A stretch of DNA of 51,147 nt from Clostridiales bacterium. Lineage in GTDB: Bacteria; Bacillota; Clostridia; DSM-8532. Each line of letters opens with the position of its first letter. The first letter of the stretch is position 1. The notes under the pieces were generated by a model, which had not been told where the DNA came from, did not search any database, and saw only the letters and a program-made list of their open reading frames with translations. This document shows positions 7,665-16,639 of the stretch, piece after piece. Made by a program: the position numbers and the translations under genes. The stretch spans positions 1 to 51,147 of the forward strand of contig DAIPML010000002.1 of assembly GCA_036768735.1 (NCBI GenBank). Reading direction: 5' to 3'.

Positions 7665-8085
7665 GTTGGCAAAATCAGAGCTAATACATAACAATTATAC
7701 CTGCGTGGTAGTACAGGGGAAAGAAGTTATAATGACCTCATTTCATAATGGGGTCAGACCTCTAATCGAGTTTTACGATACGCAAAATGGCACGAATAGA
7801 AGTTTTCTCCCACCACCGGTACTTGCAGACAAGGTGATAGGAAGGGCAGCTGCGTTGCTTGCTGTTCTTTGTGGAATTACTTCGATATATACTCATATAA
7901 TCAGTGAAGAGGCAAAAAAAGTATTGGATTTTTATAAAATACCCGTTGCATATGTAAAATTGGTACCATACATTATAAACCGCAGTGGTGATGGTCTTTG
8001 CCCCATGGAGAAATTATCCATAGGTGTTAACGAGCCAATTGAGATGTATAATAAAATTATGAAGTGGCTTGCAGAAAGAAATTGA
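7651..8085 (+). CDS. DUF1893 (TM1506-like) domain protein
   Basis: 144 aa. TTG start with AAGGAG 8 nt upstream, overlapping the S-component stop by 14 nt. Motifs ADKVIGRAAALL and SGDGLCPME match my recollection of the DUF1893/TM1506 family. Confidence 0.55.
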   Translation: MEGIELAKSELIHNNYTCVVVQGKEVIMTSFHNGVRPLIEFYDTQNGTNRSFLPPPVLADKVIGRAAALLAVLCGITSIYTHIISEEAKKVLDFYKIPVAYVKLVPYIINRSGDGLCPMEKLSIGVNEPIEMYNKIMKWLAERN

Positions 8086-8133
8086 AAGAGATCTACCATT
8101 CATGCGATAATACTACCCAAAACATTAAAAAAT

Positions 8134-8340
8134 TCAACTTTCCCACAGTGTATATAGGTTATCCTTATTGGAGGAGCGTTTTGGTAGGCTAGGGTAAATC
8201 TTTATTAGGAGAGCATTCCGGTTGGCTAAGGTAAATTCTTCTTAAGGGAGCGTTCAAGTAGGGATGCTCCTTTGGTACGCCCCTTAGATTTGGCGTATAC
8301 ATCAATAGCAGGAACCGATTGAAGTGTGATATCACACCTG
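8134..8340 (+). repeat. Family D repeat, copy D1, with three internal ~35-nt degenerate units
   Basis: It starts with caactttcccacagtg and ends with gaagtgtgatatcacacctg. Internal units at 8155-8258 resemble TAGGGTwAtCCTTmTTrGGrGAGCrTTyyGGT. It is the reverse complement of 18091-18292. Confidence 0.85.
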
Positions 8341-8385
8341 AAAAAATAGATATCAGCGTTACAAAACACAATAGAGAGCCGATTG

Positions 8386-8988
8386 TTAATCAAAAATCAA
8401 AACGACAATTCCCTGCAGTATGCCGATTAAAAAGCCTAGTACTGCTCCTAAATACTCAATATGCTTAAGCTCGTTTTTTACAACCCCTGTTACCATTGCT
8501 TCAAACGAAACTAAATCAAGAGCCTCAATTTTTTCAATAACCATCTCAGAAATTGAGAAATTTTGTGTTGCATTGGTTATAACATTTCCAATCATTTCAC
8601 GGATATATCTGTCACCGTCTTTATCCATGAATGAATCAAGCTGCTTTTTAATTGTTTTATCGGTAAATCCATGCAAAATTCCAGGCAGCTTATTCTTTAA
8701 AATTTTAACTACATTTTCAACGATAGAAACTTTTAGTTTAGCTATATCTTTATCATTAATAATGCTATTTAATATCTCATCTTTTGACAAAAGCTGTTTT
8801 TCAATAACATTACCAATAGAAACTGCAAGCTCAGATTTTCTCGCAGGCAGAACACCATGTATTTTATATCCAAACGGGAATTTAATTGGCTTTAAAGGCT
8901 TGAATAATAACTTAACTGCAATTAAATTTGTAATCCACCCGATAAAGCCACCAACCAGGGATAAAACAAACAATTCCAATAACTTCAT
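8386..8988 (-). CDS. DUF445-family membrane protein
   Basis: N- and C-terminal TM segments flank a soluble core (GWITNLIAVKLLFKP ... LGAVLGFLIGILQG). Start at ATG 8988 with GGAGGA upstream. Confidence 0.6.
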   Translation of the reverse strand: MKLLELFVLSLVGGFIGWITNLIAVKLLFKPLKPIKFPFGYKIHGVLPARKSELAVSIGNVIEKQLLSKDEILNSIINDKDIAKLKVSIVENVVKILKNKLPGILHGFTDKTIKKQLDSFMDKDGDRYIREMIGNVITNATQNFSISEMVIEKIEALDLVSFEAMVTGVVKNELKHIEYLGAVLGFLIGILQGIVVLIFD

Positions 8989-9128
8989 ATGAGTCCTCCG
9001 AATCAAGTACAAACCAAACATCTAAAAGCACAATGGCTTTTCAATTTAATAGTATAACACAGAGAGTATAGCACAATAAGATTAAAACACCATTAAAATT
9101 GTTACTGTTGTTTTGCAGGCTGTTATCA

Positions 9129-9158
9129 TTGACATAATGCGTCATATGAATCTATAAT
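9129..9158 (+). promoter_or_regulatory. Candidate sigmaA promoter (TTGACA-18-TATAAT) for the MBOAT/DHHW operon
   Basis: TTGACA at 9129-9134 and TATAAT at 9153-9158. Confidence 0.5.
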
Positions 9159-9213
9159 TGAAGCAATACTAAGAGATAAATGAATTTTTTGCCACACTAT
9201 TGGGGGTGCTGGA

Positions 9214-10629
9214 TTGGTCTTCTCAAGTCTAATATTTTTATATCTCTTTTTTCCTTTAAGCTTATTGTTCTATTTTCTGTCAAAAAATCTTACATACCGG
9301 AATATAGTATTGATTGTTTTTTCTTTGGCTTTTTACGCTTGGGGAGAGCCGGTCTGGATTATCTTGCTTATCTTAAGTGCCAGCATAGATTTTTTTCACA
9401 GCCTGCTTATTAAAAAGTATCGCAGTACGTGGGTTCCGAAAGCAGCATTGATTTCATCCATTATTCTAAACCTTTCACTACTTGTTTTTTTCAAATATTC
9501 AGCTTTTCTTGTTCAGAACATAAATCTGATTTTCGGAATAAATATCCCATTCAGCGAGTTCAGCCTGCCTATCGGAATATCATTTTACACTTTTCAAACC
9601 ATGTCTTATACCATTGATGTCTACCGTGGCGACACAAAAGCACAGCAATCTTATTTCAAATTCCTGTTGTATGTTTCACTCTTTCATCAGTTGGTGGCAG
9701 GACCTATTGTACGCTACAGTGATATAGCTAATGAAATTGAGTGTCGTAGTATAAATATTTCTGAAGTTTACAGCGGAATTAACCGTTTTGTCATTGGGCT
9801 GGGTAAAAAGGTGCTTATAGCCAATACCGCAGGAGAACTGGCCGAACCTTTATTGAATGGGAACCTTCAGCATCTTACAACCACCGGAGCGTGGCTCGGG
9901 ATCCTCACTTTTACAATACAAATATATTTTGATTTTTCTGGGTACTCCGATATGGCTATTGGAATGGGGAAAATGGTAGGATTCCATTACAAAGAGAATT
10001 TCAACTACCCATATATGGCATCATCGGTAACAGATTTCTGGAGGAGATGGCATATCTCTCTTGGCAGCTTCTTCCGAGACTATTTATACATTCCTTTAGG
10101 TGGAAATAGGAGCCATTATATAAGAAACATTATAGTTGTTTGGTTTTTAACCGGGCTTTGGCATGGTGCAAGCTGGAATTTTGTTGTATGGGGCTTGTTT
10201 TACGGGTTTTTTATTATATTAGAGAAAAAGTTTCTCTTGGAGTTTTTTAAAAAGCTGCCTGCATTCGTTTCGCACATTTATCTTCTGTTTCTTGTTGTCA
10301 TAGGGTGGGTTTTCTTTCAATTCACTAACCTTGAAACCGGATTCAATTACTTAGGGATAATGTTCGGAATTGGAGGAAACGGCTTTTTTAGTGTAGAAGA
10401 CGGTATTTTAATGTCGGGAAATTTGTTGTTTCTAATTATCGCTGCTGTAGGCTGTACACCTATGATATCCAATCTAAGGATGAGGCTTATGGAGCGTATT
10501 AAAGAATGGAAATACAGTGACTGGGTACCTGCTTTATGGCATCCAGCTATAAATATTTTATTACTGATTTTATGCACTGCATTTTTAATAGGAAAATCCT
10601 ATAACCCGTTTTTATACTTCAGGTTTTAG
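9214..10629 (+). CDS. MBOAT-family O-acyltransferase (AlgI/DltB-like)
   Basis: 471 aa, polytopic, with the N-terminus MVFSS typical of AlgI-like proteins. MBOAT His motifs WRRWHISL and GLWHGASW are present. TTG start follows GGGGGTG. Confidence 0.88.
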   Translation: MVFSSLIFLYLFFPLSLLFYFLSKNLTYRNIVLIVFSLAFYAWGEPVWIILLILSASIDFFHSLLIKKYRSTWVPKAALISSIILNLSLLVFFKYSAFLVQNINLIFGINIPFSEFSLPIGISFYTFQTMSYTIDVYRGDTKAQQSYFKFLLYVSLFHQLVAGPIVRYSDIANEIECRSINISEVYSGINRFVIGLGKKVLIANTAGELAEPLLNGNLQHLTTTGAWLGILTFTIQIYFDFSGYSDMAIGMGKMVGFHYKENFNYPYMASSVTDFWRRWHISLGSFFRDYLYIPLGGNRSHYIRNIIVVWFLTGLWHGASWNFVVWGLFYGFFIILEKKFLLEFFKKLPAFVSHIYLLFLVVIGWVFFQFTNLETGFNYLGIMFGIGGNGFFSVEDGILMSGNLLFLIIAAVGCTPMISNLRMRLMERIKEWKYSDWVPALWHPAINILLLILCTAFLIGKSYNPFLYFRF

Positions 10630-10641
10630 CGGAGGGTTTAC

Positions 10642-12363
10642 ATGAATAAGAAGTGTTTAAATATTATTTGTTTTTTTGCATGTGTGTTCAGTATCGGGAT
10701 ATTGAATTTATTTACAGAAAACAGAAATATTTCAGACTATGAAAATCGTACACTGGAGCAGTTTCCAGAATTCACTTCTCAAGGTCTTTTTTCGGGTGAT
10801 TATTCTTCTGGTATTGAGATGTGGTTTGCTGACCAGTTTCTCTTAAGGGATACATTTGTTCAAATCAGCAGTACGATGAAGGAATATAAGGGGCTGCCCG
10901 GAAACAGCGGGGCTCAGATTATTTTCCAGGATGGCTTTAATGCGTTTGAACAGCAGGTAGCTGTTGTGTTCGATGAAGCACAAGTACCGTATGAATTATC
11001 GACTCAGAACTCCACGCAGATTCCATCCGCCGAAAGCCAAACTATCGTGCCCACGAATGTACCAATAACGCAAGACTCAACTCAGACGGGAGTAAATTTG
11101 GGTGTGCAAAAGGATACTCTCCCTTTATCTGAAAGAGTGAAGACTGAAGATATGCAAAATGACAGTTTGTTAAATGAAAGCTTGACAAATGGAAGCTTGG
11201 CAAATGAGAGTTCGCCAAATAGAAGTTTGGAAAATGAAGGTTTATTAAATGAAGGCTTATCAGAACGTTCACCAAATGAAGGTTTGTTAAATGATGGCTT
11301 ACTAAAAAGTTCGTCAAATGAAAGTTTGTTAAATGATAGTTCGTCAAATGAAGGTTTGTCAGAAATCTCACAAATTGAAGGTTTACTAAACAATAATATA
11401 ACAAATGAGAGTTTACCGGCTTTAAAACCAACACCGTCTGAAGCTGCATCAACAACGGAGAAAGCGCCGGAAAGAGATGACAACGGAAGAACCATCGGTA
11501 AAATCCTGATTTACAAAAATAGTGCTATGGCTTTATTCCCGTTTTATGCCGGCCCCACAGCACATTATGCAAATACTTTGAATGACTTCAAAGAAAAGGC
11601 GGGAGTAGAGATTCAAACTTACTCATTGCTAGCACCGACCAATACCGAGTTTATTGATAACTCAAAATATAAGAGTCTGTCCGATTCTCAAAAAGAAGCT
11701 ATTGCATATGTGAACGCAAGACTTAAGGGTATCATTCCTGTAGACGCATATACCTCAATTAGTGAACACAAGGATGAATACATTTATTTCAGAACAGATC
11801 ATCATTGGACTGCGTTAGGAGCCTATTATGCCTATACCGGCTTTGCTGAGGCAGCTGGCTTCGAAGCTGTGCCCTTGGATACCTTTGAAACCGAGAACAT
11901 TGAAAACTACTTAGGTTCGATGTATGATATGACATCCAGCTCTACACTTAGGAAACACCCGGATATTATAACCGTATACAAGCCAAATGTGAAAAACGAA
12001 TATAACGTTTACTACGAAAGCCCAATAAAAATGAAAGTTATTGATATGTCACATGCGGATAAGAAAATTAAATACAGGGTATTCATCAGTGGCGACAGAC
12101 CTTTAGGCATTATTAAAACTGAAGTGAAAAACGGGAAAAAGCTCTTAGTTATCAAGGATTCATACGGCAATGCTATGGTACCATTCCTCCTTCCACATTA
12201 TCAGGAAATATTCGTTATTGACCCTCGACAATATAATAAAAATGTGTTTACGCTAATAAAAGAAAACGGTATTCAAGAGGTGCTTTTCCTAAATTATGTT
12301 TCCATACTTTCTGAATACGGTTTTTCCGATTTGATTGTTAAGATGATGGAAGCCGATAATTAA
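10642..12363 (+). CDS. DHHW-family protein (AlgX/AlgJ-like SGNH partner of the MBOAT)
   Basis: 573 aa with an N-terminal TM anchor and a C-terminal domain carrying FRTDHHWT. It lies 12 nt downstream of the MBOAT gene. A long low-complexity linker is present. Confidence 0.8.
   Translation: MNKKCLNIICFFACVFSIGILNLFTENRNISDYENRTLEQFPEFTSQGLFSGDYSSGIEMWFADQFLLRDTFVQISSTMKEYKGLPGNSGAQIIFQDGFNAFEQQVAVVFDEAQVPYELSTQNSTQIPSAESQTIVPTNVPITQDSTQTGVNLGVQKDTLPLSERVKTEDMQNDSLLNESLTNGSLANESSPNRSLENEGLLNEGLSERSPNEGLLNDGLLKSSSNESLLNDSSSNEGLSEISQIEGLLNNNITNESLPALKPTPSEAASTTEKAPERDDNGRTIGKILIYKNSAMALFPFYAGPTAHYANTLNDFKEKAGVEIQTYSLLAPTNTEFIDNSKYKSLSDSQKEAIAYVNARLKGIIPVDAYTSISEHKDEYIYFRTDHHWTALGAYYAYTGFAEAAGFEAVPLDTFETENIENYLGSMYDMTSSSTLRKHPDIITVYKPNVKNEYNVYYESPIKMKVIDMSHADKKIKYRVFISGDRPLGIIKTEVKNGKKLLVIKDSYGNAMVPFLLPHYQEIFVIDPRQYNKNVFTLIKENGIQEVLFLNYVSILSEYGFSDLIVKMMEADN
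11158..11418 (+). repeat. In-frame degenerate 15-nt (pentapeptide) tandem repeat within the DHHW gene
   Basis: About 18 units of the type N-E-[SG]-L-[LS]: NDSLL NESLT NGSLA NESSP NRSLE NEGLL NEGLS ... NESLP. Both large antisense ORFs here (11042-11495) are artefacts of this repeat. Confidence 0.9.
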
Positions 12364-12641
12364 GAATTCTATCAACAAAACCTCACATTGATCATCATTC
12401 ATCTTTATTTTTAACATCTTTTATGATAAGCTTTTTCCAGTAAGAAGCTTATTAAAATAACCAATAAAAACAGTAACATTGGAACAATTGGAATCATCAT
12501 AATGTTTGAACATCGTAAATACTTGAACATGGAAACATCATAATATTTGGACATCAGAAACATCGTAACATCGGAATATCAAAACGGCCCAAAATAGGAA
12601 ATTTATATTTTTAAAATCCAAAACTAAATGCGGAGGTGCTT

Positions 12642-12994
12642 ATGCAAATGAGCAGGTTGTTAAATTTAACTGGTCTGTCAGAAGAACAGTTACAAGCCGT
12701 TAACGAAATATCAGATATTTTGGGAATATCAATTTCAAATGACAGTATACCGATAAAATGCTGCAAAAAGGATCGTCTTGAATATGGTTTTGACGGTCAA
12801 AACGGTCATATCTTTTATGTCTCTGATCACCAATTTACAAGAGGTCTTGTATACAAACTCTCGCTCATTTGGGAAGAATTCTGCATTGGAGTGCTTTTTC
12901 AGAAGTCCATGATTGCAATGATATATTACTTGCCGATAGTGAAAAGACCTATGAGTTGATTGATTCAATGTTTAGCACTATGTCAAAAAACCTT
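12642..12994 (+). pseudogene. Remnant of a GH20 beta-N-acetylhexosaminidase (GcnA-like) gene, internally deleted, frameshifted and truncated
   Basis: Frame A (12642-12959) matches the GcnA N-terminus as I recall it: LTGLSEEQLQAV...GHIFYVSDHQFTRGLVYKLSLI. Frame B (about 12899-12994), DILLADSEKTYELIDSMFSTMSKNL, matches a region about 200 aa into GcnA. The reading frame then runs into a family B repeat. Confidence 0.45.
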
Positions 12995-12995
12995 A

Positions 12996-13026
12996 CCAGA
13001 GAAAGTCGCTTTGTGACTTTCTGGGA
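12996..13026. repeat. Family B core hairpin
   Basis: ccagagaaagtcgctttgtgactttctggg is the palindromic core shared with 1804-1830, 38885-38963, 47012-47036 and 47148-47175. Confidence 0.8.
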
Positions 13027-13145
13027 GATAACCTTATTATTAATTCAACATTAATGCGGGTTTTTTAACCATTGACAGAAAAGATATAATAGAAGTATAG
13101 AGAAAACGGGCAAGCTAATCGGTTTTAAAATAAAAGGAAGTGTCT

Positions 13146-14081
13146 ATGTTATATTACAAGTTTTCAGATTATTTAGCTAAAGCATATGGAGAAAAAGTTT
13201 ACAAAATTCCTGTTAATCTTCCGGTTTCTTGTCCAAACAGAGATGGGCGTATCAGCTGTGACGGCTGTGTTTTCTGCGGAGAGGAAGGCACAGGTTTTGA
13301 GAATTTATCTGCCACTTTGTCTGTAAAGGAGCAGCTTAATAAAAATATCGACTTTATATCCGAAAAATATCATGCTAAAAAGTTTATAGCGTATTTTCAG
13401 AACTACTCAAACACATACTTACCCGTTGAAGAGTTTAAACGGTACCTTCACGAGGCATTAATTGATGACATTGTAGCATTGTATATTTCTACAAGACCGG
13501 ATTGTCTTAATGACAAGTATTTTGAAGCAATGAATGAAGTAAGGGAAAAGGCAAATGTGGACATTGTTGTGGAGCTTGGCCTTCAAACAGTAAATTATCA
13601 CACTCTGAAAGAGTTAAACCGAGGGCATGGTCTTGCAGAGTTCATTGATAGTGTTATAAGAGCAAAGAAATACGGAATACAAACATGTGCTCATATGATT
13701 ACTGATCTTCCTATGGATAACATCGAAGATGTTATAGAGGGTGCTAGAATACTGTCGGCTATCGGTGTAGAACAAGTAAAATGTCATTCCCTGTATATCC
13801 TAAAGGAAACAAAAATGGGGGAATGGTATAGCCGTGGGCTTATTCAACCTCACACCATGGGCAGTTTTATTGAGAGAACGATTGCTTTTTTAGAATATCT
13901 ATCACCGGAGATTGTAATTCAAAGGTTAATAGGAAGAGCTCCGGAGGAAAGATGTCTCTTTTGCAGCTGGGAAACAAGCTGGTGGAAGGTGGTTGAATTA
14001 TTGGAGAATCAGATGAGAGCAAACGGTAGTTATCAAGGCAGAAAATTTCATTATCTTAATGGTTCTGTCTGTAGTATGTAA
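13146..14081 (+). CDS. TIGR01212-family radical SAM protein (YtqA-like)
   Basis: Cys-rich N-terminus SCPNRDGRISCDGCVFCGEEG together with an Elp3-like radical SAM core. Start at ATG 13146 or GTG 13140, after AAGGAAG. Confidence 0.8.
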   Translation: MLYYKFSDYLAKAYGEKVYKIPVNLPVSCPNRDGRISCDGCVFCGEEGTGFENLSATLSVKEQLNKNIDFISEKYHAKKFIAYFQNYSNTYLPVEEFKRYLHEALIDDIVALYISTRPDCLNDKYFEAMNEVREKANVDIVVELGLQTVNYHTLKELNRGHGLAEFIDSVIRAKKYGIQTCAHMITDLPMDNIEDVIEGARILSAIGVEQVKCHSLYILKETKMGEWYSRGLIQPHTMGSFIERTIAFLEYLSPEIVIQRLIGRAPEERCLFCSWETSWWKVVELLENQMRANGSYQGRKFHYLNGSVCSM

Positions 14082-14196
14082 CCGGTTTAAAAACAACGGA
14101 AAAAATTGCTTATAACCATTTTTTGCGAAGCAAAATGATGTACTTTAAATTATATGCTTGCGTATCAAGCTATAATTTAAACACACTGTTTCAAAG

Positions 14197-14218
14197 AGGT
14201 TGGGGTCATCTGAGCCTC
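14197..14218 (+). repeat. Short palindromic module gaggttggggtcatctgagcctc
   Basis: Same module as 3607-3629, located 41 nt upstream of the trmFO start. Confidence 0.65.
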
Positions 14219-14258
14219 AATTACAATACAACTTATGTCAGATGGGAGACTTTGCTAT

Positions 14259-15602
14259 ATGGAAAATATAATAAGTGTTATAGGTGCTGGGCTTGCGGGG
14301 TGTGAAGCAGCGTGGCAGATTGCAAAACATGGTGGTAAAGTCAGGCTGTATGAAATGAAACCAAACAAAAAAACTCCGGCTCATCATCTTGACAGCTTTG
14401 CAGAACTTGTTTGCTCTAACTCCTTGCGCTCCAACCAAATAGAAAATGCAGTGGGACTTTTGAAAGAGGAATTAAGGCGCATGGGCTCCTTGATTATGCA
14501 ATGTGCAGATGAAAATGCTGTTCCTGCCGGTGGTGCTCTTGCTGTGGATAGGGAAGAGTTTTCAAAATGTGTTACCGATAAAATAAAAGAAAATAAAAAC
14601 ATTGAAGTGATTTATGAAGAGGTTATGCAAATTGATGAAAGCGAAATGACGATTATTGCAACCGGTCCTTTAACTTCAGACCCTTTGGCACAAAGGATTG
14701 CAGAAATAACCGGGATTGAATCATTATCTTTCTTTGATGCTGCATCTCCGATTGTAGTCACAGAGACCATTGATTTCATCAAAGTTTTTTCTGCTTCTCG
14801 TTATAATAAAGGTACAGGTGATTACTTGAATTGCCCCATGAACAAAGAGGAGTACCTTACGTTTTACAATGAGCTTATTAATGCCGAGGTTGCCGAGGTA
14901 AAAGACTTTGAAAAGAACATGGTTTTTGAAGGGTGCATGCCTGTTGAGGTAATGGCAGGAAAAGGTATAGATACATTGCGCTTTGGGCCACTAAAGCCGG
15001 TAGGGCTAATTAATCATGTCACAGGAACAGAACCCTACGCCGTTGTGCAATTGAGGAAAGATAATAAAGCCGGAACATTATATAATCTGGTGGGCTTTCA
15101 GACTCATTTGAAATGGGGAGAACAGAAAAGAGTGTTTTCACTTATTCCAGGTCTGGAAAAAGCTGAATTCATTCGCTATGGTGTTATGCATAGAAACACA
15201 TTCATAAATTCACCAAAGCTTATTTCGCCAACTTATCGTTTTAAAGAAGTAAAAAACTTATATTTTGCAGGACAGATAACAGGAGTGGAGGGGTATGTGG
15301 AATCAACAGCCTCAGGTCTTGTTGCCGGGTTAAATGCAATACGGGAGCTAAAAGGTCTGGGTGAATTGGTTTTTCCAAGCTCTACAGCCATAGGAGCATT
15401 GGCTCATTATGTTTCTTCATATTCAGGAGGAGCGTTTCAACCCATGAATATTAATTTCGGTATTATTGATGGGCTGTCTCAGGAGTCAAACGACATGTCA
15501 AGCAATGTAAATAAAAAGTTTTTTAAAAAGGATAAACACTTAAAAAACAGGATGATTGCAGAAAGATCTCTGAATATTATTGATTCTTTGAAAGACAAAT
15601 AA
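14259..15602 (+). CDS. trmFO: Methylenetetrahydrofolate--tRNA-(uracil-5-)-methyltransferase
   Basis: FAD-binding N-terminus [16 protein letters not shown] and TrmFO/Gid-type length and motifs ([21 protein letters not shown]). ATG 14259 is preferred over the track start at 14235. Confidence 0.92.
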   Translation: MENIISVIGAGLAGCEAAWQIAKHGGKVRLYEMKPNKKTPAHHLDSFAELVCSNSLRSNQIENAVGLLKEELRRMGSLIMQCADENAVPAGGALAVDREEFSKCVTDKIKENKNIEVIYEEVMQIDESEMTIIATGPLTSDPLAQRIAEITGIESLSFFDAASPIVVTETIDFIKVFSASRYNKGTGDYLNCPMNKEEYLTFYNELINAEVAEVKDFEKNMVFEGCMPVEVMAGKGIDTLRFGPLKPVGLINHVTGTEPYAVVQLRKDNKAGTLYNLVGFQTHLKWGEQKRVFSLIPGLEKAEFIRYGVMHRNTFINSPKLISPTYRFKEVKNLYFAGQITGVEGYVESTASGLVAGLNAIRELKGLGELVFPSSTAIGALAHYVSSYSGGAFQPMNINFGIIDGLSQESNDMSSNVNKKFFKKDKHLKNRMIAERSLNIIDSLKDK

Positions 15603-15688
15603 AGTTTTGTAACGTATTATTATTAAGTGATTTCACTGCAAACAAAGTAAAAAGCCTGAAGAACATAATAATTTATTGGGAGGTTTAT

Positions 15689-16639
15689 ATGAAAAAATTT
15701 TCAAAATCTATATTACTTTTGCTTTTATTGATAATTACCGGGATATGGCTTGGAACAGGTTTTTACACTCTAAAATCTGACGGTGGTGAACAGGCAGCCA
15801 TAACACGGTTTGGAAAGTTAATAAGAGTTGAAATGGAAGCAGGTCTAAAATGGCATTGGCCGGCACCTATTGAAAAAGCTGAAATAATAAAAAGCGATTC
15901 ACTTCGCAGTATGACTTTTGGCTACTCAACCGTTCAAGCAGGAGATGTAGGCAAACAAGCACAATTTAGAGCGGATCCATATGAAGCGCTAATGATAACC
16001 GGAGACGAAAACCTTGTTAATACCGAAACAGTTGTTCAATACCGGATTACAAACATAAAAGACTATCTCTTTAAAGTAAACAATCCTGAGGCATCGCTGC
16101 GTATGGCTGCTGAAGCCTCTATCCGAAGGGCTGTGGCCAGTTACACTATGGATGATGTATTAACATACCAAAAAGAACTGATACAGACGGAGATTAAACA
16201 GGAACTACAGGATGTATGTAATTTCTATGGGTTGGGAATCCATATAAGCGAAGTTTCTCTTCAGGCAGTATATGCTCCGGCTGAGGTTGAAGAGGCTTTC
16301 AATGATGTTTTAAAAGCACGGGAAGACAAAAACCGTTATGTAAATGAAGCCAACAAATCAAGGAACGAAATTGTACCACAAGCAGAGGGTAACGCCGCGG
16401 AAATGCTGAATGAGGCAAACGCTTATAAAGAAAAACGGATTGCCGAAGCCAGGGGTGATGTTGAAAACTTCAGTCAGGTTCTAAATAATTATGAGCTTGG
16501 CAAGGAGGTTACACGCACAAGAATGTATCTTGAAACCATGAGGGAAGTATTGCCGAGTGCAAAAATTTATATAATGGACAGCAGCGACAATATTCTAAAA
16601 TTCCTGCCTATGGACAGTTTACAAGCGGACAGTAAATAA
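15689..16639 (+). CDS. hflK: SPFH/band-7 protein, FtsH modulator HflK
   Basis: N-terminal TM helix, then the SPFH domain (ITRFGKLIRVEMEAGLKWHWPAPIEK) and a coiled-coil tail. It is paired with hflC. Confidence 0.85.
   Translation: MKKFSKSILLLLLLIITGIWLGTGFYTLKSDGGEQAAITRFGKLIRVEMEAGLKWHWPAPIEKAEIIKSDSLRSMTFGYSTVQAGDVGKQAQFRADPYEALMITGDENLVNTETVVQYRITNIKDYLFKVNNPEASLRMAAEASIRRAVASYTMDDVLTYQKELIQTEIKQELQDVCNFYGLGIHISEVSLQAVYAPAEVEEAFNDVLKAREDKNRYVNEANKSRNEIVPQAEGNAAEMLNEANAYKEKRIAEARGDVENFSQVLNNYELGKEVTRTRMYLETMREVLPSAKIYIMDSSDNILKFLPMDSLQADSK

Noticed and set aside
8155-8258. Possible CRISPR array (regularly spaced ~35-nt units in D1 and D2; also the GAAATGATA repeats at 40161-40303).
   Set aside because: The units are contiguous degenerate repeats without unique spacers. 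There are only two or three units, they are embedded in a larger dispersed element, and there are no cas genes or leader.
8420-8992. 190-aa plus-strand ORF antisense to the DUF445 gene. Similar shadow ORFs occur at 1320-1526, 3060-3290, 7217-7597, 19772-20158, 22122-22490 and 29484-29966.
   Set aside because: They lie entirely inside longer ORFs that have recognisable family motifs. They lack ribosome-binding sites and have the serine/isoleucine-rich composition typical of antisense frames in AT-rich genes.
11042-11495. Two overlapping 137-aa minus-strand ORFs with striking repeats (HLTN..., KPSF...).
   Set aside because: They are antisense read-through of the 15-nt tandem repeat in the DHHW gene. 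The periodicity suppresses stop codons in all frames. The 114-aa ORF at 33723-34067, antisense to the AroE insert, has the same explanation.
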